Shown: positions 13,952-28,864 of the stretch, one piece after another
How positions within the stretch are numbered: the first letter of the stretch is position 1
How the letters are laid out: every line of letters starts with the position of its first letter
NCBI RefSeq assembly: GCF_037042905.1
Contig: NC_087251.1
Span: 17,114,001 to 17,178,000 of the forward strand
DNA from: Lytechinus pictus
Taxonomy: Eukaryota
Length of the DNA stretch: 64,000 nucleotides
Reading direction: 5' to 3'
Notes under the pieces: generated by a model
Databases searched by the model: none
What the model was told of the DNA's origin: nothing
The model's input: the letters and a program-made list of their open reading frames with translations, nothing else
Made by a program: the position numbers and the translations under genes

Positions 13952-16900
13952 ACAATTGAAACTGATCCGATCCAAGACCTGTTAGATCTTGAGGATCGAT
14001 GATTTGTTGCCTTTGCTTCCAAAGGTTTTCGGCAACATCCATTCCTGTCAGAGACCTGCTTCACATCTTGATTGTGTATAAGCTGTGAATCTCAAAGGTT
14101 TTCAGCAACATCGGGTTATGTCCTGAACACTCAACGGAGTATGACTGTGTCAAGGACCAGTAGGCTATTTGGGTGTTGGAAAAAACACGAGATTCACTTT
14201 TGAATTGAGAGAAGGAAAATATTGAGATTACAACTTTATCCTGATGACTAAGGATGAGCTTGACTGACTCTGATCAGTGGTGAATCTGATGAAATCCTAC
14301 CCGCTCTAAAAAAAAATCATGCAGGATCCATCGTGCGATTTCGAAGATGTGACGGTTTTAAGATGTTACTTCAGTGGGACATTTCTAAGTTCGATGTAAT
14401 TTCTACAAATATGTGACGACGTATTCAGTGAACGTAGCATGGTGATCTATTTTCAATGCAGCTCTTTTGGTTTGCAACTGACGAAGATGGGCTTCTTGCC
14501 TCATATACTGATGACAATCTCTTTCAAACGATACGAAAAAATATATATCTATAGATGTTAATAAATTTGATAGATGGAATTGAGCAGCTGATAGTTTGTT
14601 TAGAAAGAACATATCTTATATACGTTACATATGATTCCTGTGTAATATTTTGTAATTTAAAGTAAATGCATATAAGTGATGCTGTACAGTTTTAAAATAT
14701 TTTCATGTTTGTAGTTCTGACGAACACTCAATAACGATTCAGTCTAATCATTAAGGCTTTGAGTCACATATTGAGGAATGAAGCATTTATTTTATCCTGT
14801 TTTTTTTTAATTCTTTTAAAAATATAACGACTTTTCTGACATTAATATTGAATATTGGTATTTGTTCAAATGATGAGAGAAAGAGAGATAAGTGATTTGA
14901 TGGTGTCATTCTTCTACTCAGGTCCAACGTTGCTTAGCAACACTTTTGTTGTATTTTCTATCCTCTCAAATGCAATCAGTAAGATCGTTTGATGTTCAAT
15001 CCTTCACTGCATGTACCGTTATCATGACTACTACTATTTATGCTATATTATTTATATAATGGTGTTTAATTTATTGAACATGTGATTATTTATGGATGAT
15101 TTTTTTTTCAGTTTAAAGATATATATAATGATGCACTTACATACGAGTTTTCATCACGAAAGGTTGAGGTTCTTAAGTGGCTAAACCATGCAGTGTTGCA
15201 GCACCGACGGGGTTTGGTGATGTTACGTGATCAAGGGTGGTGGAATTGGAAATGAATTGGGCCTTTATTCTACACAGTGCCTCGATACTCAGTTTAAGAG
15301 TGATAAGTACAACAAGCAATAGTCATTTCAAGCAGGTGCCTATAATTGTACATAGTTTGTTGTCATAATTAAACAAAACAAGATCAGTATTGGAACTGTC
15401 ATTTTACAGAATAGATAATAGATTATGTTATATTGTATAAACATAATAATAAATGTTGCAAGGGATGTCGAATGTGGTCTAGTGGTATATAAGACGCCCC
15501 TTTTTCCACTTTGTAATTACTGGAATAACTTAATCAAAGTATAGGAGGGGTGCATTAATTTGCTAGTCAGCCTATTTATGCTGGCACGGTTTCCAATTTT
15601 TGCTTAATAAAGCTTTACTAATTTTAGGATTTTAGCTGATTGCTTGTGGCTATTCTCTATCCGTGTTGCTGTTGAATATGTCCACCCACGTCACGAATAC
15701 TAATGATGGCTCAAGATAATTATAAAACCAATCGAAACAGCTAACGAGCGTGCTCTAGTGAAGACGAAAAGGTACTTGTGTCTATGGTCGTACATACAAC
15801 CACGCAGGTTGTCGTCCTTATGCCTCTAGACCTTCAAGGACGCAACTCTTGTAGCCTATCCATCGAGTTCATGATCTTGAGAAAAGATTTAGTTTCTATG
15901 ACCATCCATTTATACTCGTTCTATATATACCAAACAAAGCTGTTTTTTCAATAACTTGTGTAATGCTTCTTTATGAATTTATATCGTATTTTCTTTTTTA
16001 ATTAGAGACGTTGCATATAAATTATTATGATTCATTGTCATGGTGTAGTATTAAATCGAAAGAGATACCTCATTCTTCAATTATTTTTGTGCTAGTTGGT
16101 TTCTTTTCTTGTATGTGTCCAGACTACTGAGGTCATTTCGTTGATCTTATGTGCTTCTTCACCAAATTTATTTCAAAAGACATGAAGTCTGATATCGGAA
16201 GGGAACTAATTTCATTATCTCTGACATAAATTATAAAAACATCCTTGACTATAAGACATTCAATATTTCTACGTATGTAATTACGTATTTAATTATGGAT
16301 TTCGGCAAAATAAAATTATTTTATTCATTAGCAAGCTTCAACACTTGTCCATGAAACTAATATTTTTTCATTAGGTATATTGTATAATGAAATATTATGG
16401 CATATTTTCGCATCAGTTCAACAATGTACTTATCACAAGATGCATACCTTGATATATTTAGAGTAAAAACAGAACAAAATGTGACCCGGAGAAAATCAAC
16501 GACAAAAAACCCACCGAGAAATAAGCCAAAGTTAAAGTTAGGAGATGAAGATTTCCATGTTATTTCAAGTCTTGAGAACGTGTGGAAGTAACAACAATCC
16601 TCCTCATTCTGGAAGCTAAGCCTCGGGTCTTCAACCTAGCAAAATACGATGCACGTGTAGCAAATATTTCAACTTGTTGCAAGATGGAAATGGCAAGTTA
16701 ACACGCCGCGAAGATGAAGCGTTATTGGGCGAAATTCCCATTAGACGTAAAATTCGGACCAGATTGGCGGTGTTTCTGAACTTGAACCTGACTCTGAGAC
16801 GTGGTGATTTAGACACCCTTGCTTCCGATTGCCTCAGGCGAGGGAGAGGGAGAGAAATGAGAGGGGAAGGGGAGAGAGAAAAAATTGGAGGGAGAGAGAG

Positions 16901-17127
16901 AACGAGAGAATGTCAGTCAATGTGTTATACATATGTAATTAACTAAATCTTAATGAATTGACCAAGGCCCTGCTTAATTTGCAAATTTAAAGGAAACATT
17001 ACAAATATTAAATACAGATCCAGATGGATGACACTAAAATCAAGAATTTTGCTAGAGCTCTGAGAAAATGAGTACTTTATTCAGCATCTGAAAACTCTTT
17101 TTCCTTTATTATCAATATACATTAAAT

Positions 17128-17358
17128 TATTATCATTATTATGATCATCATCATCATCATCATTATCATCATCATCATCATCATCATCATCCTCCTCCCC
17201 TCCTCCTTATCACCATCATCATCATCATCCTCATCATTCTCATCATCATTATTATCATCATCATCATCATCATCCTCATCCTCCTCCTCCTCATCATCAT
17301 CATCATCCTCATCATCATCCTCCTCCTCCTCCTCCTCCTCCTCATCATCATCATTATT
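17128..17358. repeat. (ATC/CTC)n trinucleotide microsatellite
   Basis: Long runs of atc/ctc triplets; a degenerate ATC tract recurs at about 17790-17930. Confidence 0.95.
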
Positions 17359-20085
17359 ATTTTTTGCTTAAAACTATAATAGGTGGAATAGACATTATGG
17401 AGTACCAAGGGACCACAGATTATGTTTTCAACAATGGGAAATTAAATCTACTTTGTGCTCAAAAGTTAGTACCCCCCCCACCCACACACAAAATGTTCTA
17501 TTTCATGCTAAGTGTTGAATGTGGACAACACTACAATTTTCAGCGAGCCCAGCGAAAGAAACTTTATTGAATGTAACATTTTATCATCTGACTTAACAAT
17601 TAAATATCTAAAACATGGCAGAACTCGAACACTTTAAATAAATGCTCATTTTCTAGAGGGGCTCACTAACTATTGAGCACCACTATGTTTTGGCATGGAA
17701 GCTCCTTGGTTTTGGGGAACTTTGAGGAGTGGGGGGAATATAAAGGAATTTCCCCTTCTGTTTGGTGTTATCTTGAAATTATCATATGTTATCATCATCA
17801 TCATCATCATCGCCATCACTATTATAATCATTTTCATTATCATCATTAGTATCAGCAGTGGCATCCTCAACAATATCTTTGATGGTACCGTCATCATGAT
17901 CATGATCACTATCAGTATAATCATCATGATAGGCGTTAATACTGATTGTTCTTTAACGTTAACCATTATCACGAGTTTAAATCTGGAAGTCCTTGCTATC
18001 ATCAGCAATTACGAATATGAATTTGTGTATTTTTATGTCAATTAATTTATTGCGTCACAAATACAAACCTTCAATATGGTAGTTACAAGAATAAGGCAAG
18101 TCCAAGTGAATAAACTGTTGACTAACATGTTAATTGTTATTTGCAGTTGGAATTTGAAAACAAATATTTGGTGGTGGAACGGTGACTTCAAGCTTTGTGT
18201 TAGTAATAGGAGAGTGAATTAGGGCTGCGCAACCAAGCGCCAACACCCAGCATCAGAAGCTTTTCGTTCATGTTCGGTGTTGTTACTGGTGTTAAAATCA
18301 GCTCAACACTCAACACCGAACTTGAAATCACCCAATGGATGTGTCAAGGTACTCTGGCCCGGCAGTAGCCCGGTAAACTGATCCAAGCTAACATTTTAAC
18401 AAGACGTGTGATCGTGATAAAATGGGACTGACTTTCACAACTCGTCTCTGCTGCACTGCAGGGGGTTCGTCAAGAATAACTCCACAAAAGGAACGAGAGA
18501 TGCATCATATCAACCTCCCCTCTGCTAAAGATAATTTAGACACACTTTCATCTCACATCCCACAATTCCATTAGTCATTTTCTAAGAAAATTATGAATTG
18601 ATAGAGCTGTGGTGCGAGGTATGCAATCATACTTCAGTTTTAGATTTGGAATAATGGAATCATGTTTAGAACATTTTTTCTGTTATTCATTTGTTTTATA
18701 TTCGAGTTTTTTTTATATTAATATATAAAAATGCAAATCAATTACTTCATATTATAGTCTATTTTCTATCATATTTTTCTTCTTTTGTGTCTTTTTCGTT
18801 CCTAATGTTCCTTATGTGTCTCAAATTTTCCTTCGCCATTTTTCTTCACCGCCATGTCTACTTCTCTTCATCCTCCTCCTTCTTTTCTTTTTTTTCTTCT
18901 TCTACTTCTACTTCTCATTCTCCTACTTCTTTTACTCCTACTTCTTCCTCTTCTTCGAGTTTTAACAAACTTGAATTAAAGTGCTAAGAACAGCGAGGTA
19001 ACAATAACTTGAAATGCACGCCTACTTTTTTATCATATTTGGGGGAATTTAAGATAAAATCACCTATCACACAGAAGGGACCAAAATACGCACATCACGG
19101 AGCTACACAATATAAATTTAGATAGAATATAAATTAAATGCTATTTGAATTATTTCCAAAAGAATTTGAACATGTAAAAGGCAACTAATCTCTCATCTAT
19201 TTCTTTGCGACTTTGCAGTTTCACATCAGTTGTGAAATAAAAGTATTTAGATACTTATTTGCATAAATTATAAGAAAACGAAAATAATCAATGAATAATT
19301 TCTCTACAAAAAATCAACCAGGTCATCAATAAAGACATCTCCATCACTGAGGGAGGGGGTGGTGGGAATGAATATTATCATGAAATTGGCAACAATCCCG
19401 AATGTACTCCGGAATCCACACTCCTGTCCATGAGAGTGATTGGTTAATCCAATCATTTGACATATCATGTGACAGATCATATTCTGTTCATTTCATATCA
19501 ATCATACACTCCCATATATCATTCATTCCATTCAGATGTTGTATAGAGCAGTATTGGTTGTAGGGATGTCGCGTGTGGAACATTTAAAACCTCGTGTCAT
19601 CTGGATTCATTGTTCGATCATGTGCCAAGAAACTTAAAAAACAATAACGCTGTTATTCTTTAGATTTTTTTTTCTTCATTTTCTCTAGTTTATACTTTAT
19701 AAGAACCGACTTGGTGTCAACCTGTACTTTTTCTTCAATGAGATCATAATCGTTAGTATTTTTATTATAAATGTAATAATATAATGAGTAATTTGAGCGA
19801 AAATGTCAGTGTCAATTAAAGATGATTAGATAACTGTGTCCGGATATTGTTGGAATCATGCATGAGATTGAATCGTTGAAGAGTTGAAAAATAGCATTAT
19901 CCCCCACCAAAATCTGGGGAAAAAACATGGGGTACTCTGTGCCCCAATAAAACCTAATAGTAAGGCGCTTTTGACTAAATCCGTTGTAGATAGAGACTGT
20001 ATACAAATTTCGGACATGCAGAAATTGCGGAGGAATTGTCAAAAAAAACGAACCAGCGCCAACTGAACTCGAGCGAGCCATTTAG

Positions 20086-20949
20086 CAGGGGCGTCGATCC
20101 AATTTTTCAGATGGGGGGGGGGGGGGCAGGATCATGAATCAACGTTTCAAAGGCGCTCGATCACACAAAACAAACACACTCACCCACACACACGCATAGG
20201 CCTATATATATACATATATAATAATTTGTATAATATATGACTCATGAGAAAGAGACACACATTTCACCAACAAATCAATGCGAGCCCGAAGCGCGAGCTG
20301 AAATTTTTTAGTATAATGACCTGAAAACAGGAAAATGGTACCTGTTTAGGACTTTTGTAGTAACTCGATTATGAGGAGGATACATATCTCACTACACAGA
20401 TAATGCGAGAGCGAGCTGAATTTTTTTTATATTCTGACCTGAAAGCTTGATATTCTTAGCATTTTTGGTATCAATGATTAAGATGGGTATCCATAAGAAC
20501 AATAGATGTGAGCGCGAAGCGCGCGAGCTGAAAATTTTGATTTTTCGATCTGAAAAAAAAATTGACAGATTAATGGACGTTGTTAATAAAGAACAAGATA
20601 TATATCCAACAAAAGATTATTGCAAATCGAAGCGGGAATTCTTTTGAATTAAAGAATTGAAAACGGGACATTCTATTCACCTATTCAATCATTTTGGCTA
20701 AAGAAATTATGCGAGCGCGAAGCGCGAGCTGAAAATTTTTAGATTTCTATCTGAAAAGCGGACATTTTGAGCACGATTTTAAGTTAAGAACGAGTTGTGT
20801 ATCTCAAACTCGCTGTGTAACATTACATTCTTATTTTATTTTTGCACTTCCGGAATTATTGGGGGGGGGGGGCAAAACGATATGTTTGCCCCCCAATATT
20901 TTCATTGGTGGGGCGATCGCCCCCCTGCCCCCCAGGATCGACGCCTCTG
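20086..20949. mobile_element. Non-autonomous hAT-like DNA transposon (MITE)
   Basis: TIRs CAGGGGCGTCGATCC / GGATCGACGCCTCTG (14/15), perfect 8-bp TSD CCATTTAG (20078-20085, 20950-20957), internal repeats of GCGAAGCGCGAGCTGAAA. Confidence 0.9.
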
Positions 20950-23299
20950 CCATTTAGTAAGAAGGTAGAGCTGGCAGTCGGGTCGGTTGATGTAAAAGCA
21001 ACCGATTTAACTCAAATGTTGGCTTGTTTTAACCACACCTCTGCTTTTTAAGATACCATGATCTGATTTCAAGACATTATTAACCAAGTTGCCAGATCTC
21101 TTTCAAGTCATGGCAGTACCAAACCCTTCTCTCTATATACGCCGGCCAAATAACCACTCCCATACAAACCACAAGCACCTCCATGCACATCAATTTTTCT
21201 TCTACCACTGAAATAAACATGACCCCTTTCTCAACTTACCCTTCAAAGTGAATTATTTGGGGCAGTATTTTACCCAGTGCGGAAACATAATTGTCCAGTA
21301 TGGTTAAAAAAATAAGCAGCAATTGCTTTAGAATGGGCAAAATTGTCATCACACTGGATAAATAAAAATGCCCCAAAGAAATGCCCAATGTTGGTTGGCA
21401 AATAATTACCCTCATGGAGCACTTTTACCCAATATTTTTTAGAGTGCATGTTAACGCCCCCTCCCCAGCCCCTGTTTCACAAATTAAATGCCAAGTTTAT
21501 ATCGACTGTATGATTCGAAGAGAAAACTAAATAAAAAAAATTAATTTCTAATTTTCCTTCAATAATGAATGAAGTGGTTTTACTCTTCACTGAACAGGTG
21601 GAACAAAGACCATAACGGTAACGCAATTCAATGAGGGACTTCGAATCTAGTAGGTGATCCCATCGATTCCCTGTCTTGTGAAAAAGTAAAACTTACAAAT
21701 GCCGCATATTTCTGATTTTCCCGATTTTGATCTCAGTATTGCGCTTGCTCGATTGCCTCTATTTATTCACATCAACTTGTTGGTGGGGGTGGACTTGTCC
21801 TTTAAATACCACTCCTTTTCCAAACCCGAATCCAATGACACCAATCTTTCAGCTCGTCGACGGAACCTGTCATTATGTGGCTGAGGGATTAGTATCAATA
21901 TTAGTAGAGTGACAATCTAAAATTCCAAATATTACTGATGATGACAGATGCTCACCCTCCAGATACATCTACTGCCCATCATATTCAACTACATATAATC
22001 TTCTATCATTTACGGTATCGTTTGAGCTGCAAACACGCAATCAATTTTTGTTTTTAAAGAGCAAAAAAGAAGTTTGGGGCGATAAAGAAAATATAATAGA
22101 CAATCTTTACAATCGTAACGCATTAAAATCCACATTATATTTGGGAAACCCGCTTGCAATACGATTGGGATGATTCAATGATTGATATATTCGTCGGGGG
22201 TAGCACAGGAAATACAAAGAAGAAACATTTGGCATTACTGTATTCAATTTCTCGAAAGGATAGCCCTTGAAAGCCGAGATGGCATGTTTGTCATGGGGTC
22301 GTTCAATCATGTAACCATAATAATTTAATATACAAATAGAGCAATTAACATGTTAAAAAAAATCAAAAATCTATTTGAAAAATAGTGTTTGTTGTAATTT
22401 AGAAAAAAAAAATTAAGTGAAGGTCATAGTTACAATGTGGAAAGAAATTATTCCGACCATAGTGAGAATAAAATAAAAGTTTCGATAAAACGATCTCTAC
22501 CTTCCTCATTGTCGAACTTTTAATTGAAATTACATGTGAATTGACAATTTTTACCATTTTGGGTACAAAGTTGAAAAGTTAACGTTTTACGACATCGCCA
22601 TTTTTAACAACATGAAAACGCATAGGTTTACTCTAATTAAGCTAACTCTTCTAATGATGTAGACCTACAACATCCGGGCTACAACATAATTACTAGGATG
22701 AGAGGATCTTTGTCAAAAGGCCAAAACGATTATAAAACTGACTCTGAGTCCGTACTGTCAGTAAAATATTTCAAGAAGCTTGCCATGCAATTTTACCGAA
22801 TTCTTGCATCTTTTTCCGCCTTGGTGGTCCCCGTCCCATCTCTGCTAAATATCCCTAGGCTTTTCGCTGCCTTCTTGGACGCTCTTCCGCCTACTTTAAC
22901 CACGGAAACATCTCGATACCATGGTTACCAACACACTTCCCCAACAGATAACTGCTCTTCACAAGCTCACTCTTTAACCATCAAAATAATGCACTATTTA
23001 ACAAAGTTCGTTTCACCTTTCTGAGCCCGATATCAACCAAAACAAAAAATACAATCAATCGCTCAATAATTGTATTGATTTGCACCCCCCGAAATTGTGT
23101 ATAATTGCTCAATCATTGTATAATTGTATTGATCTGCATCCCCCCCCCCCCGACATTTTGAAAACTGTTTGAAAAATGTATAGTAAATGCTGTCATAAGA
23201 ATCCTACTCAGCATTTTCGCTCTTCAATTTTTAACATTTTTTTTTCAACCAGTCATCGTTAGCACAAATCTTTTAAGTCATGATATAACTAATTTAAAA

Positions 23300-24152
23300 C
23301 ATTCATAGTTTCGCTCACGCTTCGCGCTCCAGTGGATATTGGTTGAGATAAATAAATGATCTGTTCAAAATAACGTGGGGCTTAAAAATCCAGTATTCAC
23401 GTCAGTATGTACAAATTATTCTTCTTGTGACTAGAGTTTATATTATTTTGTTTACCGAGACACGCTTCCTGCATGGTCATAGGCCTATTTACAAAAAAAA
23501 GTGAAAAAAATTTAAACTTTTCAGCTTGCGCTCGATTTTGTGAAACAGGCAAACAATTTCTTGTCCACATTTGCCCCCCCCCCAGTTTAAAAAATCCTGG
23601 TGCTGCCACTGATTTCATGAGATAATGATAATATCTTGTTCTTTATTAAAACGTGCTTAAACTGTCAAAATTCTCACGTCGGAATATAAAAAAAAATCAG
23701 CTCGCGCTTCGCACTCTCAATAATTCTTTGATTAAATAGCTATCCTGTGCTTCGAATGTCCAGTTCTCAGGTCGGAATATCAAAAATTGTCAGCATGTGT
23801 TGGACGCTCGCATTATTTGATGTATGAAATATCTATGCTCTTCATGGGTCAAAAATTAAAAAATTCAGCTAGCGCTTCGCGCTCTCATTAATTATTTAGA
23901 TACGCATCTTGTTCATGATATCTAAATGCATTAAATAATTTTTTTTTTTAAATAGAATTCGCACTTCGCACTTATGAGATACCTATCTTGTGTGTAAAAT
24001 AAAGCATAGATGTCGTTAAAACTTTAGTCTATATTCACCCCCCCCCCCAAAAAAAAAAAAAAAAAAAAAAGTCAGTCGAAATTCGGGGGGGGGGGGGAAT
24101 GTGGATGAAAATATCCCCCACCACCTATTGGCGAAAACTGGATGAGCCCCTG
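23300..24152. mobile_element. Fragments of related hAT-like MITEs, opposite orientation to 20086-20949
   Basis: Repeated CAGCTCGCGCTTCGC (reverse complement of the motif above) and two candidate termini, ...GGTGCTGCCACTG (~23611) and ...GGATGAGCCCCTG (~24152). Left ends not resolved. Confidence 0.55.
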
Positions 24153-25658
24153 CCTCAATATCTAAATTGGATTATAGTCTTTCTGAAAGCCACTGATCAG
24201 AACCCAGTGATTAGCTCATAAAATTACCCCTCGTTTCTTTGCTATTACATGAGATGGAGAAATTTATGGTAATGGGAATAACACAAATTCATATGCAGAA
24301 AAAGCATTCGGAATTTAAACTGTTACATAGAATCAAGAGTAAAGAAAAGTGAGTAAAATAACTGATGGAGATATAAATTCATAAAGAAAGTTTGGTTTTC
24401 CTAACCATTGGACGACATTAAACAATGTTTGCCCCATCCCCTCTGCCTATTATGAGTGTAGATACGGTAAATGGGGGAAGGTGAGAAAATACGCTCCACC
24501 CCCCCCCCCCCCCCCACCTCCCTCCAGACTGACGGGCACAGGAAAAGTGCTGAATAGCCGAATACCCATCCGGGAGAGGTCAAGAGGCTTTCAGTATGGA
24601 TCCTTCTAATTCTAGTAGGATCCACGCTTTCAGGACTTAAGAACCCCTAGTACTGCATTTTCAATATTAACTTAAAGAATGGATCCTACTAGTAGGATCC
24701 ATGCTTAAACATGTATAAGGTTGGTCCTGAAAATTTCACTTGTATTCCTACATGACACTGTGTGCGCTTGCATCGTTTCCCAACAGGAATTATTTTCCAC
24801 ATAATTGGGCCATCTCAAACGAAACTAGAGTTCAACAATACACATGCGATCGTGGCAGATAGGTAAATGGTAAATAATAGCTCACACCTCACATCGAAAC
24901 TATGTTATCATACAATAATCATCCAAATCGGACCATGTTTTTATTTCCCTTTGACGTATAGAACTAGATATGGGGGCAGACACGTGATTAAAGTATGAGA
25001 CTGCTGGGTCAATCACTTATCAAAATCATATGGCCATCGGATGATACGAAGATAGCATTAGCAGCAATATATGAGAAGGTTGGTCGGAGTAAGGATATAT
25101 CTTCTTGGTGGGAGTGCGTATTTCAAGAAATAGGGGGCTGAATTTATGAAAATTGATTTTGGTATGTTGTATGTTGACACACTTTCCATCAATCTTCATG
25201 GAAGTCTCATTCGAGGCGATAATTAATTTGAAGCATTAACCACAACGAATAAGACCATTAAGATAGAATTTATCAAACGATTGTCATATATATCTTTCAC
25301 TTTTGTTCATCCTATTTGGTTATCATGATCAAGAGTCGTTTTATAACAAGTATAGCGCAGTCATAATACTTGCATTTTGGCCAATGTGAGCGTAAACGCA
25401 ACACTGGATGAACCATAATAAAAAATATAAAAAAACGAGTGGAGAAATAAATATCGGTAAACGGTCTGATAACGTTCAGAATTATTGTTTGGATAATAAA
25501 CTTGAATCTCCGCATATCAAGAACGTACATTCTATTGGTGTATTTATTGGAAGGATTTGAGGGCAGGGGCGGTGCAACAAAGGGGGGGGGGGGTCAGCTC
25601 CAGATGATTTTTAAGTAGTGAAAAGAGAGAGATTATCTGTAGTACCAATTATCATTAA

Positions 25659-26450
25659 GGGGGAATTTCACCCTGACGAAAAGTTTATTGTAAAAATAGA
25701 AGAAAAAATTATAACAAAAATATTGCCGAAGGTTTGAGAAAAACCCATCAAAGAATAAAAAAGTTATTAGAATTTTAATTATTTGATTTGTGACGTCATA
25801 TGCGAGCAGCTTTCCTACATAGCGTATGGTCAAAAATACAGAGAAATTTGAAATGTTTTTTACTGTACCTTCAGTATATAAATAGTCAAATCATTTCACA
25901 CCTGTTCCTAGTAAAAAGAAAGCAAAAACAAGTCATCACAAATGGAAATTTCTGCAATTTATATTACATAACTTATGGGGCAGTCATGGGCGGAAATCCC
26001 AGGGGGGACAGGTCCCCCCTACCAAAAATAGTAGTGGGGACACAATATCAAATGTCCCCCCTACTATTTTTGGTCTTTTATGATGGAGAAAACTACATCA
26101 CTTCACAATCGAAATAATACATGTGTTTTGGACTAAATAACCTTACATTTTGGGTAAAACCTTTTTTTTTTTGCTTGTCAAATTATTTTTGGGTTAAAAT
26201 TACTTTACATTTTGGGTGATAACCTTTTTTTTTTGCTTGTCAAAATTTCCAGGCCCTTGTCCCCCTACCTTTGGGGACAGATTTCCGCCCATGAGGGCAG
26301 CTGCTCGTTTATGACGTCACAAATCCCAATCTTAAAATTCTAGTCATTTTCTCAATTTTAATGGATTTTCCTCAAACCTTCACCAATATTTTCTTATTAT
26401 TTTTTTCTGCTATTTTTACTACAAACTTTTCTTCAGGGTGAACTTCCCCT
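25659..26450. mobile_element. TTAA-targeting (Kolobok/piggyBac-like) MITE containing a nested MITE
   Basis: TTAA on both sides (25655-25658, 26451-26454). TIR GGGGGAATTTCACCCTGA / TCAGGGTGAACTTCCCCT extends into long imperfect inverted arms. Confidence 0.8.
25985..26293. mobile_element. hAT-like MITE nested in the TTAA element
   Basis: Perfect 14-bp TIR CATGGGCGGAAATC / GATTTCCGCCCATG; degenerate 8-bp TSD GGGGCAGT / AGGGCAGC. Confidence 0.8.
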
Positions 26451-28717
26451 TTAATATCTTTCAATCATTGGCTGTAATGATTTTTTATTATACTTTTACA
26501 AAATACATGCAGTTGGCTTTCCTATTTGCTCCCCGACAGATTTTCAGAAAAAAAAAATGCACCAAAAGAAAAACTCAGTCTCCTCATTTGTCTGCCTCGT
26601 TACAATAGTTGGTGTACTAGTGGGGATGGGGGTGGGGTTGATGAGTGGGGGTCTCCATCCAATCAACCAAAAAAAAATCAACAAAAGGGTCTCGAATTCC
26701 TTAAAAAATCTGACCGATCATACATTTTTATTGAGGTTTTTTGCTGCACCTACATGGATGTTCTTCATCAAAACAGAATTAACAATGATCTTAAAACATA
26801 ATTTGAAGGTGGACTCTTTTGCTTGGTTACATTTTTGTTCACAAATAGATCTAGTTTTCCAATTAAAAAAAAAACTTCTTTAAGCTCCTTTTATAAGAAG
26901 TTTGACTTATCATACTAGGGAAGCAATTTTGGAGACAAGCAACCCTTTCACCAAAAAAGAAAAATAACTGACATCTTATAAGTTCTAAATTGGTATTTTA
27001 ATGATATGACCATTGTTTTTATACACATACATCTCAATAATCAACACATAATACATATAACAGAGAATCATATATATTATACAAGAATATACAAGAGAAT
27101 TTATAAATTTTAAGACAAAAGCGAAGTTATTGCACAGAGAAACTGAATCATTCAGATTATAACATTCCATATTTTGTTGTGTGGGGTGTTGGCATTGTGA
27201 GAGGGTATTTGAGTATGAGTTCGGAGATTTAGATCGACCCCTGGCATAAACTAAAATTGCATTTGACATTCTTCGCTTGTTTATGTTCAGTTAATGTAAC
27301 AACAAAATGAAATGGAAATAAGTGTTATGAAGTTTCCCCCTTTTATAAAAATAAAGCAGACTGCATAATAATTATATACATCACAAACATAACAAAGTAC
27401 AGTGTAATACATAGCAAGAATATCTTGGTCAAGAGGTACAAAAATAGAATTTCACTGAATATAGATCTAATAATGATTATAAGTTAGATGAGGAAAATAT
27501 CTGCAAAATGATGATCAAAAGAGTATAAAAACATGGTAATAAAGGAAAATGAGAAGAGAGATGTAGAGAAGAGGGAAAAATGGGTAGAAAGTTGTTTACC
27601 ATGAAAATCATTGGAAAACAAATACAGCTCATAGTGAGAGAGAGAGACAGAAAGCAAGAAGAAGAAAAAAGTTTGAGAAAGGGGGGGGGGGGGAGATTAA
27701 TATAAGAGGAAAAAAGACAGACAGGGACATTTCCATGGGAGAGCATTTGGCGACTACCGCTATGATTTTCAAGTGACTGAAAATTGAAAGGGATAAAAAA
27801 GGACCAAGAATAAAAAATAAAAAAAAGGGGAAAAAATATTGAATAGAGTATTTTGGGTTGTATAGCTATGTAATACCTCATTTTCTTATGTAGAAAAAAA
27901 ATTGAAGTAACCTTTAGCTCACCGTGCCCCTCCCCCCTCCACACAAAAAAACACCACTGTCACTGCCCCTAAAGAAGGTTGAAGGAAAAGAAGATCAAGA
28001 GAATCAAGAAAAGGCAGATGAAAAAAAAGAAGACAATACAAGATAAATTAAAACATTTGGAATACAGATGCTGGTCTTCAGAACATCAACTCTATTTGAT
28101 ATCTGATCACAAGCATCAGGTATACAGATATCTGTTAGAGAAAGATAGAATATCAGAGAGTACAAAAAAATTGTTCATACAGGGAGGATCTCTACAAGAA
28201 AAAAAATGTGATGTTTTCTACTCAGGGACTAATTTCCTACTTCTGTTTGTATCAATGTACAAGTCTTATAAGGAGTAGAACATATGCAGGGTCTCTTTTT
28301 TTATCATGAGGGCTATTTTAGAAACTCTACCCCTATGTATCTTTTTAAATATAGGTGGTGTTTCATAAAGCTATCCTTAATACACATGACTGTTCACCCT
28401 TTTTTGGGTGCCAAATTCGATTTCTTATCAATAGGAGTCCCATCAGTGACTAAGCTAAATTTTGATCTTTGTAGCTTGAAATATTCTATTTGTTTCTGAA
28501 TCATTATTCATTATTACCTATACAAGGCATTTTAGCAGCTAAATAAAAAACCTATTTCGCTCTCTACTTTCAATCCGACTGCGCAGTAACAATTAGCAAG
28601 GATTACTTCATCAAGTTCATAAATAATCTGAAATCTGAAGTTGTGACAAGCAAATAGTCATAGAAATTGTTCCAAATATTAGCTTGAATCACAAATTATA
28701 CAGCTGCAGGAAATAAT

Positions 28718-28864
28718 AATAATACTGAATGGCTCTTCTGTTCGGGGAATATCAAATATATTGCCTTTAAAAGAACCATATTGCCCTCGTCTAAAGACTC
28801 GGGCCAATATGATTCTGTTGCCGGCAATATATTTGATGTCCCCCTCAAGGCCAGTCAATATTAT
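28718..28864. repeat. ~145-bp imperfect palindrome (fold-back MITE-like)
   Basis: Arms ATCAAATATATTGCC / GGCAATATATTTGAT and AGAACCATATTG / CAATATGATTCT, with outer arms ATAATACTGAATGGC / GCCAGTCAATATTAT. Confidence 0.7.

Noticed and set aside
17141..18045. Poly-I/S/M/R ORFs on both strands
   Set aside because: Translations of ATC/CTC microsatellites.
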